A stretch of DNA of 64,000 nt from Desulfurococcales archaeon (GCA_027022365.1 JALVYU010000031.1:32001-96000); one strand, 5' to 3'. Positions 10,012 to 20,396 are shown, numbered from the stretch's first letter. Notes: generated by a model not told the origin, from the sequence alone. A program made the numbers and translations.

Positions 10012-10560
10012 TTATTTCTCCTTCTTCTTCGCCTCGAACGGCTTTATACGGATCAATAATGTATTCTTTGTCACGGCTTTGCCAGGTTCAACTCTGATCT
10101 CCTCAACTATTCCATCGACATCACTCCTTATCATAGTGACCATTTTCATAGACTCTATTAATGCTACTACATCACCGGCTGTGACCTTGTCACCCGGCTT
10201 CACTTTAATATCTATGACTTTTCCGCTAAGCGGTGCTCTGATCTCTCCTGGTCTGCTGATGACCTTACCGGTCGTTTTACTTGTTCCCGATGCACCAGCC
10301 AATGGTATAAGCTCAACGATCTTGCTCACCAGCGCGTTTTCATCGTTAATGAAGATACCGGTATCATCGGCTCTGACCTTATAGGTTTCACCGTTGATCT
10401 CGACCAAGAGGGTATTATCGTCAACCTTCTTCTTGAAGATAATCTCAAGCTCCTCGTTACCACCAATGAGCCTCACAGCCACCTTGTTCTTGCCGGTATC
10501 TTTTACCTCGACATCAACTATGTCTCCGCTGAACGTTTCCACTCGGTAGCGTCTCGGCAT
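10012..10560 (-). CDS. accB: Biotin carboxyl carrier protein, Sulfolobales AccB-like two-domain form
   Basis: IRAPLSGKV...GD.V..GD...IESMKM biotinyl domain plus ~100-aa beta-rich N-terminal domain. Confidence 0.88.
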   Translation of the reverse strand: MPRRYRVETFSGDIVDVEVKDTGKNKVAVRLIGGNEELEIIFKKKVDDNTLLVEINGETYKVRADDTGIFINDENALVSKIVELIPLAGASGTSKTTGKVISRPGEIRAPLSGKVIDIKVKPGDKVTAGDVVALIESMKMVTMIRSDVDGIVEEIRVEPGKAVTKNTLLIRIKPFEAKKKEK

Positions 10561-10657
10561 TAATGCAACACCCTTGGCCGTGCTAGCTATAATGAATTAT
10601 CGTTTCACCTATATTAAATCCTGTTAAACAAATTATGATATCAAACGGTGTAGTGAC

Positions 10658-11995
10658 TTGGCGAAACTTCTGCTCGAAAAAGAAATGATATACGCGTTGA
10701 TAGAGGCTGTACGGTTCGCAGAAGAGATTAAGCCTAGCCAGGACGCTAAGCGAAGAGCGTTCAGAAAATACGGGTTGTTAGGTGGTAAGAGAGACCCGCT
10801 CGTGACAGCCGTTTTCTACGGTATAATGAAGCATCTGGGAATACTTGATAGGATTATCGAGAAGGTAATCGGGGTCGAACCACTAATACTGGACCCGTGG
10901 CTCAGAGCAGCGCTCCGGGCAGTCCTAGAGATCATAGTTTTTAGGGATCCTTCCCAGAAAACACTAAAACTACTCGATAAACCAGTAGCTGAACTAATCT
11001 CGCATAAAACCCATCCCTACACCGGCATGTATTACCACAGGCTTTTCGAAACAAAACTAAAGAACTACAAGTATGAGCCGAGCAGTGAGGACGAAAAAAT
11101 AGAGTATAAGTACTTCCTGCCATCATGGTATGTGAGAAAGATAAGAGAACTCCTAGGCGACGAAACCGATGAGCTCATAAGAAGTCTTGACACACCACTA
11201 CCAATAAGCATCAGGGTCAATACCCTCAAGACCAGTGTCGACGCAATAGTAAAGCAGCTTAAGAAGGAGGGAAAACAGCCAGAAGTCTCAAAAATAGTCC
11301 CTACAGTCATAAGGTTTAAGGGCCCATACAACTTCGAGAAATCTCCTATTTGGCGTAAAGGAATGATCATAATGCAGGAGGAAGCCAGCGCTCTGGCATC
11401 CCTTATCCTCGCACCCGAGCCCGGCATGACCGTTGTAGACATAGCGGCAGCGCCGGGCGGCAAGACCGAGCACATGGGAGAACTAATGAAGAATCAAGGA
11501 ACAATATATGCCTTCGACATCAACAAGCTCAGAATGCAGAGGCTTAAACAAATCATTAGGCGGGCTGGCATAAATATAGTCAAGACTTACCTCAGGGACG
11601 GACGAGAAGCCCCGAGAATACTGGGCGAGGAGATAGCTGATAGAGTACTCGTCGACGCACCATGCAGTAGTGATGGAACCCTAATGAAAAACCCTGATCT
11701 TAGGTGGAGACTACGTCCAGAGAAAGTAGAGGAGCTGAGCAAACTACAGTATGAGTTGCTCGAGGCCGGCTGGAAGCTACTACGAAGAGGGGGAAGGCTA
11801 CTCTACTGTACATGTAGTTTGTTGAGAGAAGAGAACGAGGACGTGGTAGCAAGGTTCCTAAAGAAACACGGCAATGCAAGACTCGTCGAGCTGAACGGAC
11901 CATACAGCCCCGGTTTTATACCCGGCACCATGAGGGCATGGCCACATAAACATAGAACAATAGGCTTCTTCTACGCTTTGCTAGAGAAGAAATAA
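10658..11995 (+). CDS. RsmB/NOP (Fmu/Sun) RNA m5C methyltransferase with NusB-like N-terminus
   Basis: RVNTLK, QEEAS, DIAAAPGGKT, VDAPCS, YCTCSL, ENE motifs. Confidence 0.92.
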   Translation: MAKLLLEKEMIYALIEAVRFAEEIKPSQDAKRRAFRKYGLLGGKRDPLVTAVFYGIMKHLGILDRIIEKVIGVEPLILDPWLRAALRAVLEIIVFRDPSQKTLKLLDKPVAELISHKTHPYTGMYYHRLFETKLKNYKYEPSSEDEKIEYKYFLPSWYVRKIRELLGDETDELIRSLDTPLPISIRVNTLKTSVDAIVKQLKKEGKQPEVSKIVPTVIRFKGPYNFEKSPIWRKGMIIMQEEASALASLILAPEPGMTVVDIAAAPGGKTEHMGELMKNQGTIYAFDINKLRMQRLKQIIRRAGINIVKTYLRDGREAPRILGEEIADRVLVDAPCSSDGTLMKNPDLRWRLRPEKVEELSKLQYELLEAGWKLLRRGGRLLYCTCSLLREENEDVVARFLKKHGNARLVELNGPYSPGFIPGTMRAWPHKHRTIGFFYALLEKK

Positions 11996-12060
11996 TTAGG
12001 TTTATCATGGATACCTTTAAACATGTATGATCAAGGTATCGTAGGAAGCAGTGATGGGCC

Positions 12061-13458
12061 TTGAAGCTATTCGGTACCGCTGGGATCAGGAAAAAATACC
12101 CCGACGTCTTGGATCCAGTGCTCGCATATAAACTGGGACTAGTCCTGAGACGGACAATTCGTGCCCGTGAAGCCTATATCGTATATGATTCCAGGACCAC
12201 GGGCCACTTATTCACGGCATCAATATCAGCGGGCCTCATGGCCTCAGGATTCAATGTGAACATCATAGGCCTAGCCCCTACGCCCGTCGCAGCCTATGCG
12301 GCGAAAAAACACGGGGCACTCGGAATATCGGTTACCGCGAGCCACAACCCGCCAGAATACAATGGCTTTAAATTCTACGACAATGAAGGCTACGAGTACG
12401 TGCGTAGCCTCGAAAACGTAATAGAGGAGAACCTCGACAAAACAAAACCTCTACCATGGGACAAAGTAGGAAAGACGAGAATAATTCCTCGAGTACTCGA
12501 TGACTACATCCGTGACATGGCAAACATCATCGGTGAAACGAGACCTGTATGGAAGCCCAGAATAGTCATAGACTTAGCCAATGGTACGGCATATAATGTC
12601 ACACCAAACATTGTTCGTATCCTTGGAGCAGTACCAATAACGATCAATGCTAATCCTGACGGGTACTTCCCAGTCAGACCACCCGAGCCACGCAAAGATG
12701 TCCTTGAGTCGTATTTGAAGCTATATTCCTCTATAGAACCAGCCATGATCCTAGCCCATGACGGCGACGCTGATAGACTGGCCGTACTCGATCCTCATAC
12801 AGGCTTCATAAGGCAGGACAGGATCATAGCATTATACGCTAAGCTGGCATTACTCGAGAGAAAAGGACACGTAATAGTATCAATCGACACGGGCAAGGTA
12901 GTCGATAAAGTAGTCGAAGAACTAGGAGGTAAGCTAGAGCGATACCTCTTAGGGAAAACCCACGAGCGAGTAAAAGAGCTCGGCGCATCAAATGTAGCGA
13001 TAGCGGCAGAGCCCTGGAAACTAATAGATCCAAGGTGGGGTCCCTGGGTCGACGGCATATGGCAAGCGGCTATACTCACCAAGCTAGTCGTGGAGAGAGG
13101 TAAACCTCTCGCTAAAATCCTTGATGAAGAGGGTATCCCCGACTATCCATGGGATAGGAGAAGCTATTTATTCTCGCCGATAGAGGTGAGGGATAAAATA
13201 TACCTTGATCTTGTTGAAGAGCTGAAAACACTGCTAGGCGGGCCCGATAACATAATAACTATTGACGGATACAGGTACGAGTACAGAGATGGCTCATGGA
13301 TTCTAGTGCGGAAAAGCGGTACCGAGCCCAAGATCAGACTATACATGGAGGCACAACGACAGGATAGGCTCAAAGAAATGATTGAGAAGACCGAGAACAA
13401 GATAAAGGAACTATGCAGAAAACATGATGCAAAGATAATAGAAAAAACTATCGGATAA
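12061..13458 (+). CDS. Alpha-D-phosphohexomutase (PGM/PMM/GlmM family)
   Basis: LFGTAGIR, TASHNP, DGDADR, RKSGTEP. Confidence 0.9.
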   Translation: MKLFGTAGIRKKYPDVLDPVLAYKLGLVLRRTIRAREAYIVYDSRTTGHLFTASISAGLMASGFNVNIIGLAPTPVAAYAAKKHGALGISVTASHNPPEYNGFKFYDNEGYEYVRSLENVIEENLDKTKPLPWDKVGKTRIIPRVLDDYIRDMANIIGETRPVWKPRIVIDLANGTAYNVTPNIVRILGAVPITINANPDGYFPVRPPEPRKDVLESYLKLYSSIEPAMILAHDGDADRLAVLDPHTGFIRQDRIIALYAKLALLERKGHVIVSIDTGKVVDKVVEELGGKLERYLLGKTHERVKELGASNVAIAAEPWKLIDPRWGPWVDGIWQAAILTKLVVERGKPLAKILDEEGIPDYPWDRRSYLFSPIEVRDKIYLDLVEELKTLLGGPDNIITIDGYRYEYRDGSWILVRKSGTEPKIRLYMEAQRQDRLKEMIEKTENKIKELCRKHDAKIIEKTIG

Positions 13459-13462
13459 AAGA

Positions 13463-13639
13463 CTACTTGATAATCCTCCTTTTCCTAAGCATCGTTTTGA
13501 GCTCTTCGCGATCCATGAGCTCTAAACCCTTGATTTTTTCAAGTACTCGGCGAGCTTCTTCCCGAAGACTTGGCTCCAAATCCTTTAAAACATCTTCAAT
13601 GATCTCCTTCTTGCTGCGTTTATCTCTGTAGAGGGACAA
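13463..13639 (-). CDS. Small hypothetical protein (58 aa), below the ORF-track cutoff
   Basis: TTG start after GGGGTCGTGA; MSLYRDKRSKKEIIEDVLKDLEPSLREEARRVLEKIKGLELMDREELKTMLRKRRIIK; fills an otherwise empty gap. Confidence 0.7.
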   Translation of the reverse strand: MSLYRDKRSKKEIIEDVLKDLEPSLREEARRVLEKIKGLELMDREELKTMLRKRRIIK

Positions 13640-13712
13640 TCACGACCCCGAAACATGTTCTTAATTAATCCTTCGTATGTCCCAATATTTAATGTTTAAT
13701 AATACAGAACAA

Positions 13713-15236
13713 CTAGAAGATCAAATTATTGATGCTCACTGGGTAGACCTTAATACTTCTTATAAGCCCGATATTGATCATCAAGGGATCATTGTCAAAG
13801 CCGATAATGTCAGCATAGCATCCGGGCAGGAGAGCACCCAGAGAACTATCACGTAGGAGGAATGACGCTGTTCTCGTATAAAGGTGGAGGGCATCTACGA
13901 GTTCTAGTTTTTCATTAGGTGCGTATTTCTCGTAGGGGCTTCCAGGATCTCTAGTGACTGCATAATATAGTCCGTCACGAGGATCAATCGGCTCCACGGG
14001 ACAATCTGTCGAGAAGCTTACTGTTGTCCTCTCCATGAGCGAACGGAACCTATATGCCCATCTGACCCTATATCCTATCCTTTCCATTATCCACTTATCT
14101 GATGCTATGAATCTCGGCTGCACACTTATGAGTGGTTTTATCTCACGTATCATTTCTAGCTGGTCATCCCTGACGAGACTCGCATGCTCGATCCTGAGCA
14201 AATGACTGTGCTCTTTGAATAGATAATAGGCTTTTAGAACCTCATCCAGAGACGCATCGCCGATAGCATGGATAGCCACTTGTGCACCGGCCTTGACCGC
14301 CTCTTCGACGTATTTTATTATTTCATCATGCGTTAGAAGTAGTTTTCCGCGATTTCCAAGATCGTCATTGTAAGGTGTTGAGAGATATGCCGTCCTAGTA
14401 CCTAGAGCGCCGTCGGCGAGCAGTTTTATTCCAAGAACTCTAATGTTTCCTCTCGCCTTATCTCTCCACCGATAATATTCCTCGACCCAGTCCTCTTGTC
14501 CAGGATAAATGTAGACGTACACCCTTATTCTCAGTTCTCCGCTTCTTTCTGCCCCTAGCAGTGCCTTCATGCATTGCTCATCGCATCCCGTAACAGCTAC
14601 TGTGGTAACACCGTGTCTCAGAATATGGTTTTGAGCCTCCAGTATCATGTTAATGAAATCCTCTTTTTCGATCCTGCTCTTGATCCAGGAGTATGTCTTC
14701 CATAGCGCGTCTTCAACTAGAATGCCTTTCTCCAGATCAACTTGATCTTTTGGTAGAGTCTCTAGGAGTGTCTCCAACCCCTTAATACCAGCTGTGTTGA
14801 GGAAACCCATGTGGCCACTCTTATGTATTAGGAGTACAGGATGCTCAGGAATTAATGAGTCTAGTTTGTTTTTATCAATGATTTTATCATCGATGAACAA
14901 GTTGTGGTCGAATCCCCTCCCGACGATCCATTCTCCTACCTTGTTCTTTACAACAGATATTCGCTCTGAGAGTTCCTCCATACTAGTTATTTTGGATAAG
15001 TCTATTGTCCGTAACATGACCGCGAGAGTATCAATATGCATATGTGTGTCTATGAAGCCCGGCGCTAACACGTAATTATAGTTCCTCTTCTCGGCCCCGA
15101 CGGCCGAGGCTTTTTTCTCGGCGTTGAGACCATAAGCTATAACCCTCCCTCTGCATACGAGTAGCTTATCAGTAGCGATGAGCGGCTTGTAAGAGAGTAT
15201 GATCCTAGGTGATGAGAAAAGAACGCATTCACTCAC
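13713..15236 (-). CDS. Amidohydrolase 3 family (YtcJ-like) metallohydrolase
   Basis: PGFIDTHMH, SGH, KLLADGALG.RTA, HAIGD, RIEHAS, STDCPV. Confidence 0.88.
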   Translation of the reverse strand: MSECVLFSSPRIILSYKPLIATDKLLVCRGRVIAYGLNAEKKASAVGAEKRNYNYVLAPGFIDTHMHIDTLAVMLRTIDLSKITSMEELSERISVVKNKVGEWIVGRGFDHNLFIDDKIIDKNKLDSLIPEHPVLLIHKSGHMGFLNTAGIKGLETLLETLPKDQVDLEKGILVEDALWKTYSWIKSRIEKEDFINMILEAQNHILRHGVTTVAVTGCDEQCMKALLGAERSGELRIRVYVYIYPGQEDWVEEYYRWRDKARGNIRVLGIKLLADGALGTRTAYLSTPYNDDLGNRGKLLLTHDEIIKYVEEAVKAGAQVAIHAIGDASLDEVLKAYYLFKEHSHLLRIEHASLVRDDQLEMIREIKPLISVQPRFIASDKWIMERIGYRVRWAYRFRSLMERTTVSFSTDCPVEPIDPRDGLYYAVTRDPGSPYEKYAPNEKLELVDALHLYTRTASFLLRDSSLGALLPGCYADIIGFDNDPLMINIGLIRSIKVYPVSINNLIF

Positions 15237-15243
15237 AGCCTAT

Positions 15244-16596
15244 CTACCAGTTCCTCAATAGTATTCTTCCGGCGATTACAAGCGCGTCCCATACCGTGTT
15301 GACGGGTGGCGCGTAGCCGAGGTCTGTGAAGAATAGGTCCTCTACAACGCCTCTTCTATGAAGGAGTGCGGCGACAACATTAATCCTCCAATAGGCGTCT
15401 TCACCACCAATGGCCTGGGCCCCTAGGAGGAGCCCTGATTTCTTATCAGCAATTACTTTCAGCAAGACTTTCCCGGAGCCGGGCATGTAGCTAGGTTTAG
15501 TTCTTGCCTCGACTAGGGCCGCAATAGGATCGAATCCGTGCCTAACAGCCTCTTTCATTGTTAGCCCTGTCCCGGCGACAACTACTCCCTTAATGCTGGT
15601 CACGCTCGTGCCTGCGACGCCGGGGAACAATATTGTTTTACCTGCAATGTTTGAGCCCGCCACGTATCCCTCCTTATTGGCTTCCTGTGCGAAAGGAGCC
15701 CAGGTATACTTGTCTGTAACAACGTGTTTAACTTCGACGTTGTCGCCTGCTGCGTATATGTCCGGATTACTTGTCCTCATCATGCTGTCAACGATGATTG
15801 CCCCGCTCTTCCCTGTTCTAAGACCTAGTTGTTCGGCGATCGATGTGTTAGGCTCTATCCCTGTAGCCACTACTACGGCGTCGGCCTCGTAGGTGTTCTT
15901 GGAGGTTATGACTTCTAGGCGTCCGTTCTTCCTCCTTATCTCCTTAAGGCTCTCGCCATAATTGATTAGTATCCCCTTGTCTCGCAAGATACTTGCGAGC
16001 TTCCCACCCATATCGGGGTCCAAGAGCCTTGACAACGGGTACTCGGACCGCGTCGATATTATGACGTTTTTACCGATCCTTTGAAGGTTTTCGGCGAGCT
16101 CTAAGCCTATGTAGCCGCTACCGATTATAACGATGTCCCTGACGGAATCTCTGCTGATCTCTTCTCTGAGAACGACCGCATCATCTATGTGGTGAAGCTT
16201 ATAGACGCCGGACTGGTCGATTCCAGGTATGTCTGGGAGGTCGGCCTTTGCACCGCTGGCTATGAGCAGTATATCCCACTCATATTTTCCTCTCCCATCC
16301 GGCCCCTCGTATTCTAGGGTTTTCTTATCGGGATCAATACTAGTGACCCGGTGATTCAGCCTTAGATCAATACCCCTCTTCTCAATGAAGAATCTGGGAG
16401 GATAATGCATTAGTTTCTCCGGCTTATCGATAAGACCTCCGACATAGTACGGTGTCCCACATAGCGCGAAGCTCGCCCATCGAGTCTTCTCAAATACTGT
16501 TACGTGGTAATCGGGTCTAAGTTTCTTGATACGGGATGCAGCCGCTAATCCCGCGGGTCCGGCACCAATAATAGCGACCCTGATGCTCATAATCAT
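15244..16596 (-). CDS. cdr: CoA-disulfide reductase / CoA-dependent NAD(P)H sulfur oxidoreductase family
   Basis: GAGPAG, SFALCGTPY single redox Cys, GSGYIGLE, YAAGD, YAPP. Confidence 0.85.
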   Translation of the reverse strand: MIMSIRVAIIGAGPAGLAAASRIKKLRPDYHVTVFEKTRWASFALCGTPYYVGGLIDKPEKLMHYPPRFFIEKRGIDLRLNHRVTSIDPDKKTLEYEGPDGRGKYEWDILLIASGAKADLPDIPGIDQSGVYKLHHIDDAVVLREEISRDSVRDIVIIGSGYIGLELAENLQRIGKNVIISTRSEYPLSRLLDPDMGGKLASILRDKGILINYGESLKEIRRKNGRLEVITSKNTYEADAVVVATGIEPNTSIAEQLGLRTGKSGAIIVDSMMRTSNPDIYAAGDNVEVKHVVTDKYTWAPFAQEANKEGYVAGSNIAGKTILFPGVAGTSVTSIKGVVVAGTGLTMKEAVRHGFDPIAALVEARTKPSYMPGSGKVLLKVIADKKSGLLLGAQAIGGEDAYWRINVVAALLHRRGVVEDLFFTDLGYAPPVNTVWDALVIAGRILLRNW

Positions 16597-16680
16597 ATCG
16601 CCTAGAACAGTTTTGTTTCCGTGCTCTAGTTTTTGGATTAGGTCTTTTTAATAAGTAGCGTAGACGTATATCATGATTGA

Positions 16681-17268
16681 ATGGGGGTATCTATTATGCC
16701 GAAATACATAGCAATGGCTCATGGGAGAATATTAGGAGTTTATAATAGTTTTGCTGAGGCGCTTAGAGCTCTTGTAGAGGTTGGTGAGGGCGAAATATAC
16801 AGGGGTGAGCTGATCCTACGCCTAGGCCCTGAAGAAGCAGAAGATCTGAGGGGCTACCTTCCGGGTGTACCCCTAGAGCCTGTGGAAGCACCTAGAACAC
16901 CGGGACCACGTAGAGGCGTGGCAGTTGTACTAGACCAGATGTTCAGAGGGTTCTTCGTAGAGGTGTTGTCTAGGGAGTTCAGAGACATTGAGATACACGA
17001 GATAGTAGGTAAGGGCTTGGAGAAGACAATCCGTGTCGGGAATATTTTCAGACACCCAGCCGCTAACGACTATGATGTGGCGAGACTCGTGGAAACCCTT
17101 GCCGAGAAGGGCAAGAAAGTCATATTCTTCACCGGAGACAAGAAACTCTATAATCACATTGCAGGCTATGAAGGTGTCGCAGCATATTATGCACCGCCCA
17201 ACGAGTTCCCGAGTAAAGAGGCTCTTGCAAAGTTTATGGTAGAGAAGATAAAGGAGAATCTTGGCTGA
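16681..17268 (+). CDS. Hypothetical protein: DUF5678-like N-terminus plus PIN-like C-terminal domain
   Basis: VVLDQMF...NDYDV...FFTGDKKL PIN-like acidic residues; KYIAMAHGRILGVYNSFAEA N-terminal motif. Confidence 0.55.
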   Translation: MGVSIMPKYIAMAHGRILGVYNSFAEALRALVEVGEGEIYRGELILRLGPEEAEDLRGYLPGVPLEPVEAPRTPGPRRGVAVVLDQMFRGFFVEVLSREFRDIEIHEIVGKGLEKTIRVGNIFRHPAANDYDVARLVETLAEKGKKVIFFTGDKKLYNHIAGYEGVAAYYAPPNEFPSKEALAKFMVEKIKENLG

Positions 17269-17407
17269 GCAGCTGACAAGGATTTCTTTTTCCCGCAAAT
17301 ATTTTAGTTTTGGGGACAGAACCGTTAGTGTGGACGATGACTGTCTTATTCTATGTTTGGGGTGCCAGTACGTATTGACTAGCGGTGGTGAACAGAACAG
17401 TAAGGCG

Positions 17408-17917
17408 TTGTCTCTCGACGAGATACTTGAGATGAGTGTAGGAGAATTCATGAGAAAATACAGGCCTCCATCAACAACATACATTATAGCTAGGCCGGGA
17501 ACTAAGCTCTATAACATATTAAAGGCGGTTGCCACGGGTCATCCACAGATAGTGATCGTGATAGATGAGAGCAGGAGACCCGTAGGCTTTATAACAGATA
17601 CTCATCTACTTAAAAGCCTCCAACTAAGGCACGGTCATAGGAGCATATTGTCATCGTTCACAGTATCTCGATTTATACTCCCACTGGATAAGAGCCTAAA
17701 TGTCCCCGTTGAGAGCATTATGGATAGGAGACCCCCTGTTGTGAAAATAGATCAGAAACTCATTGACGTTATTAGACAGATGATACATCTTGATGTTTCT
17801 GCCGTCATCGTGACTGATGAAAAAGAGAGAGTTATAGGAGTCCTCACTCGTCGTCATATCATCAGGGCTGTTCTTAACATCTTATTGGGTGAACCAATGA
17901 TTATTGATCTTGAATAA
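17408..17917 (+). CDS. CBS-domain pair protein
   Basis: VGEFM...VIDESRRPVGFIT and VESIM...VTDEKERVIGVLT; start likely TTG 17408 or ATG 17432 rather than 17261. Confidence 0.85.
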   Translation: MSLDEILEMSVGEFMRKYRPPSTTYIIARPGTKLYNILKAVATGHPQIVIVIDESRRPVGFITDTHLLKSLQLRHGHRSILSSFTVSRFILPLDKSLNVPVESIMDRRPPVVKIDQKLIDVIRQMIHLDVSAVIVTDEKERVIGVLTRRHIIRAVLNILLGEPMIIDLE

Positions 17918-18037
17918 AAACTCCGGCATGTTCTTGGGAAATATTTAAATATTCGTTCAATACCTAAGATAATGGTTTGCCCAGAAAAGTTCCACCAATA
18001 TAATTTTGTGAAAATATCATATATAGGTGTAAGGGAA

Positions 18038-19567
18038 ATGGGTATCCATCTAGAGACCCGTCATTTTCAGATTGAACCCATAGATGTAGATATCGGCAGA
18101 TCAATCGTGATCATGCACGAGTCTGACGCCCACGAGCTGGGTTTAGGTCCAACGTCGAGGGTAAGGCTCGCCAAAGGCGATAGGATAAGGAACGCTGTGG
18201 TGGCCCTGACAAGAACAATGGTTAGTCCGGGAAAAATACTAGTCAGCCGAGACATAATCGATGCGCTCAAGCTGACCAAGCACGACACCGTCGGGGTACG
18301 CCCTATACCGGTTCCGCCGAGCTTCTATATCCTGCAGAGAAGGCTCAAGGGGGAAAGGATCAGCCAGGACGAGATGTTCAAATTAATAAAAGATATAGTT
18401 GACGGAGCATACGGCGAGGCAGAAATCGCTGCTTTCCTGACCAGCCAGCTATACTATGAGCTCAGCGAGGACGAGCTACACTCCCTAATAAGAGCAATGG
18501 TAGAGACCGGGAGCAAGATAGTGTTCGAAGACACGGTCTTCGACGAGCACAGCATAGGTGGTGTGCCCGGCAACAGTAAAGTAGCTCTAATAGCTGTCCC
18601 AACAGTAGCTGCGGCAGGCCTACTAATACCTAAGACGAGTAGCCGTGCGATAACGAGTCCGGCCGGGACAGCAGACACCATGGAGACGCTTGCAAGGGTG
18701 GATTTCACTGCCGAGGAGATAAAGGAGATAGCAAGGAAGGTCAGGGCAACACTTGCCTGGGGTGGACGGCTCAATCTAGCCCCTGCAGACGATATCTTCG
18801 TGAATATAGAGCGTAAACTAAGCATTGATCCATGGCACCAGATGGTTGCAAGCATACTGGCGAAGAAAGCCGCTATGGGTGTGGACAACCTCGTAATAGA
18901 TATTCCGGTCGGGCGTAAAGCCAAGGTCAAAAGCCTTGAGGAAGCCGACCAGCTTGCAGGGATATTTATAAGGCAGGCCGCCAGGCTCGGGATGAGGATC
19001 AAGATAGCGCTGACGTTTGGAGGCCAGCCAATAGGGGCGACCGCTGGCCCCGCTCTTGAGGCTATGGAGGCGCTGAAGACTATGATTGAGAGAAAAGGTA
19101 AGAAGAGCCTGCTGGACAAGGCATTAACGATCGCCGGCATGGTGTTGGAGCTCAGTGGAAAAGTACCGCCAGGACAGGGCTTCGAGGCGGCACGCGAGAT
19201 ATTCATGTCGGGCAAGACCTACGAGAAGTTCAAGGAGATCGTTGAAGCACAGGGCGGGGACCCGAACGTAAAGCCCGAAGACCTCCCTGTCGGAAAACAC
19301 TCCTACACAATAACATCGCCTATAGCCGGGGCTGTAACATATATCGATAATGCGGCCATAACAACAATAGCACGTGCAGCGGGGGCACCGTTTGATAAAG
19401 GAGCTGGCGTCTACCTCCACGCCAAAGTAGGATACAGGGTAAACAAGGGAGACCCACTAATAACAATCTACAGTAGCAGCTCGACCCGTCTACAAGAAGC
19501 AGTTAATCTAGCGACAAGATATTCTCCATTGATTGTAGAGGGTATGTTGCTCAAAGTATTACCGTAA
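18038..19567 (+). CDS. deoA: AMP phosphorylase (pentose bisphosphate pathway)
   Basis: N-terminal double-psi barrel; DEHSIGGVPGNSK, PKTSSRAITSPAGTAD, WGG.LNLAPADD, GAPFDKGAG. Confidence 0.93.
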   Translation: MGIHLETRHFQIEPIDVDIGRSIVIMHESDAHELGLGPTSRVRLAKGDRIRNAVVALTRTMVSPGKILVSRDIIDALKLTKHDTVGVRPIPVPPSFYILQRRLKGERISQDEMFKLIKDIVDGAYGEAEIAAFLTSQLYYELSEDELHSLIRAMVETGSKIVFEDTVFDEHSIGGVPGNSKVALIAVPTVAAAGLLIPKTSSRAITSPAGTADTMETLARVDFTAEEIKEIARKVRATLAWGGRLNLAPADDIFVNIERKLSIDPWHQMVASILAKKAAMGVDNLVIDIPVGRKAKVKSLEEADQLAGIFIRQAARLGMRIKIALTFGGQPIGATAGPALEAMEALKTMIERKGKKSLLDKALTIAGMVLELSGKVPPGQGFEAAREIFMSGKTYEKFKEIVEAQGGDPNVKPEDLPVGKHSYTITSPIAGAVTYIDNAAITTIARAAGAPFDKGAGVYLHAKVGYRVNKGDPLITIYSSSSTRLQEAVNLATRYSPLIVEGMLLKVLP

Positions 19568-19595
19568 AATTATCCTCGCCGGTTAAAACGCCTTT

Positions 19596-20396
19596 TTACT
19601 CTTGCTTCAACTCTATCCTGATGTTTTTAGGTTTGATCGAAGCTGGTAGAACGTTGGATAAGAATCCCTCAATAACACCTATCAATGCATTTGCCAGCTT
19701 ATCATCTAGTATAATAGGCTTATTGTTAACAATGATACTTACGCCTCTCGTCTCAATACACTGTGAGGGAGTTATGAATCCCTTCAACAATTTTTCCGCT
19801 ACCTCGTGCTTTGAAGCCATTCCGCAGAGAGAAGGATCAATGTTTATGGCGGAAGAGATCTGTGTGATAGCGTCATTGTAGATTTCTCTCGCCAGCTTCT
19901 CCGCCTCGTCTATAAGGAGAGCATTGAAGCCTTGCTGAAGCGCGGTTTCAACTACCTCTAGATCGTTACTGACTATATACCATAACCCCGGCTCACCCGA
20001 GATCAGCTCTATCTCCCTAGGCTCCTCGACAATGGCTATTGCTCTCCCGATGTTTGCCCCTTTAAAGCCCTCGGCAAGTACTAATGGCGTATAGTAGCTG
20101 AGATTCTCGATGATTTCTTCGAGGCTCTCCATAGGCTCGGTTATCATGATTAGTTCTTCAGGATTAGAGACCACAATATTGGATGCCCCTGCATTCCTAT
20201 ATCTGAACGCGTCATTGAATTTTTCGAGCACTGATGAGCTTGTTTGGAGGATCACAGTAGGCTTAACACCTATCCTGTTAAGCTCCCTTGTAAGGAGAGC
20301 GCCAAGACTTGTCTTTCCCGCACCTGGTCTCGTCGATATGATCCTATAGACGCTTGTCAGTCCTTCCAGCAACTTATAGGGTTTTTTCGATGACAT
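19596..20396 (-). CDS. mobB: Molybdopterin-guanine dinucleotide biosynthesis protein B-like
   Basis: GAGKTSL P-loop, D..RY..AGA, VLAEGFK, degenerate Cys region and VNNKPI C-terminal domain. Confidence 0.7.
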   Translation of the reverse strand: MSSKKPYKLLEGLTSVYRIISTRPGAGKTSLGALLTRELNRIGVKPTVILQTSSSVLEKFNDAFRYRNAGASNIVVSNPEELIMITEPMESLEEIIENLSYYTPLVLAEGFKGANIGRAIAIVEEPREIELISGEPGLWYIVSNDLEVVETALQQGFNALLIDEAEKLAREIYNDAITQISSAINIDPSLCGMASKHEVAEKLLKGFITPSQCIETRGVSIIVNNKPIILDDKLANALIGVIEGFLSNVLPASIKPKNIRIELKQE

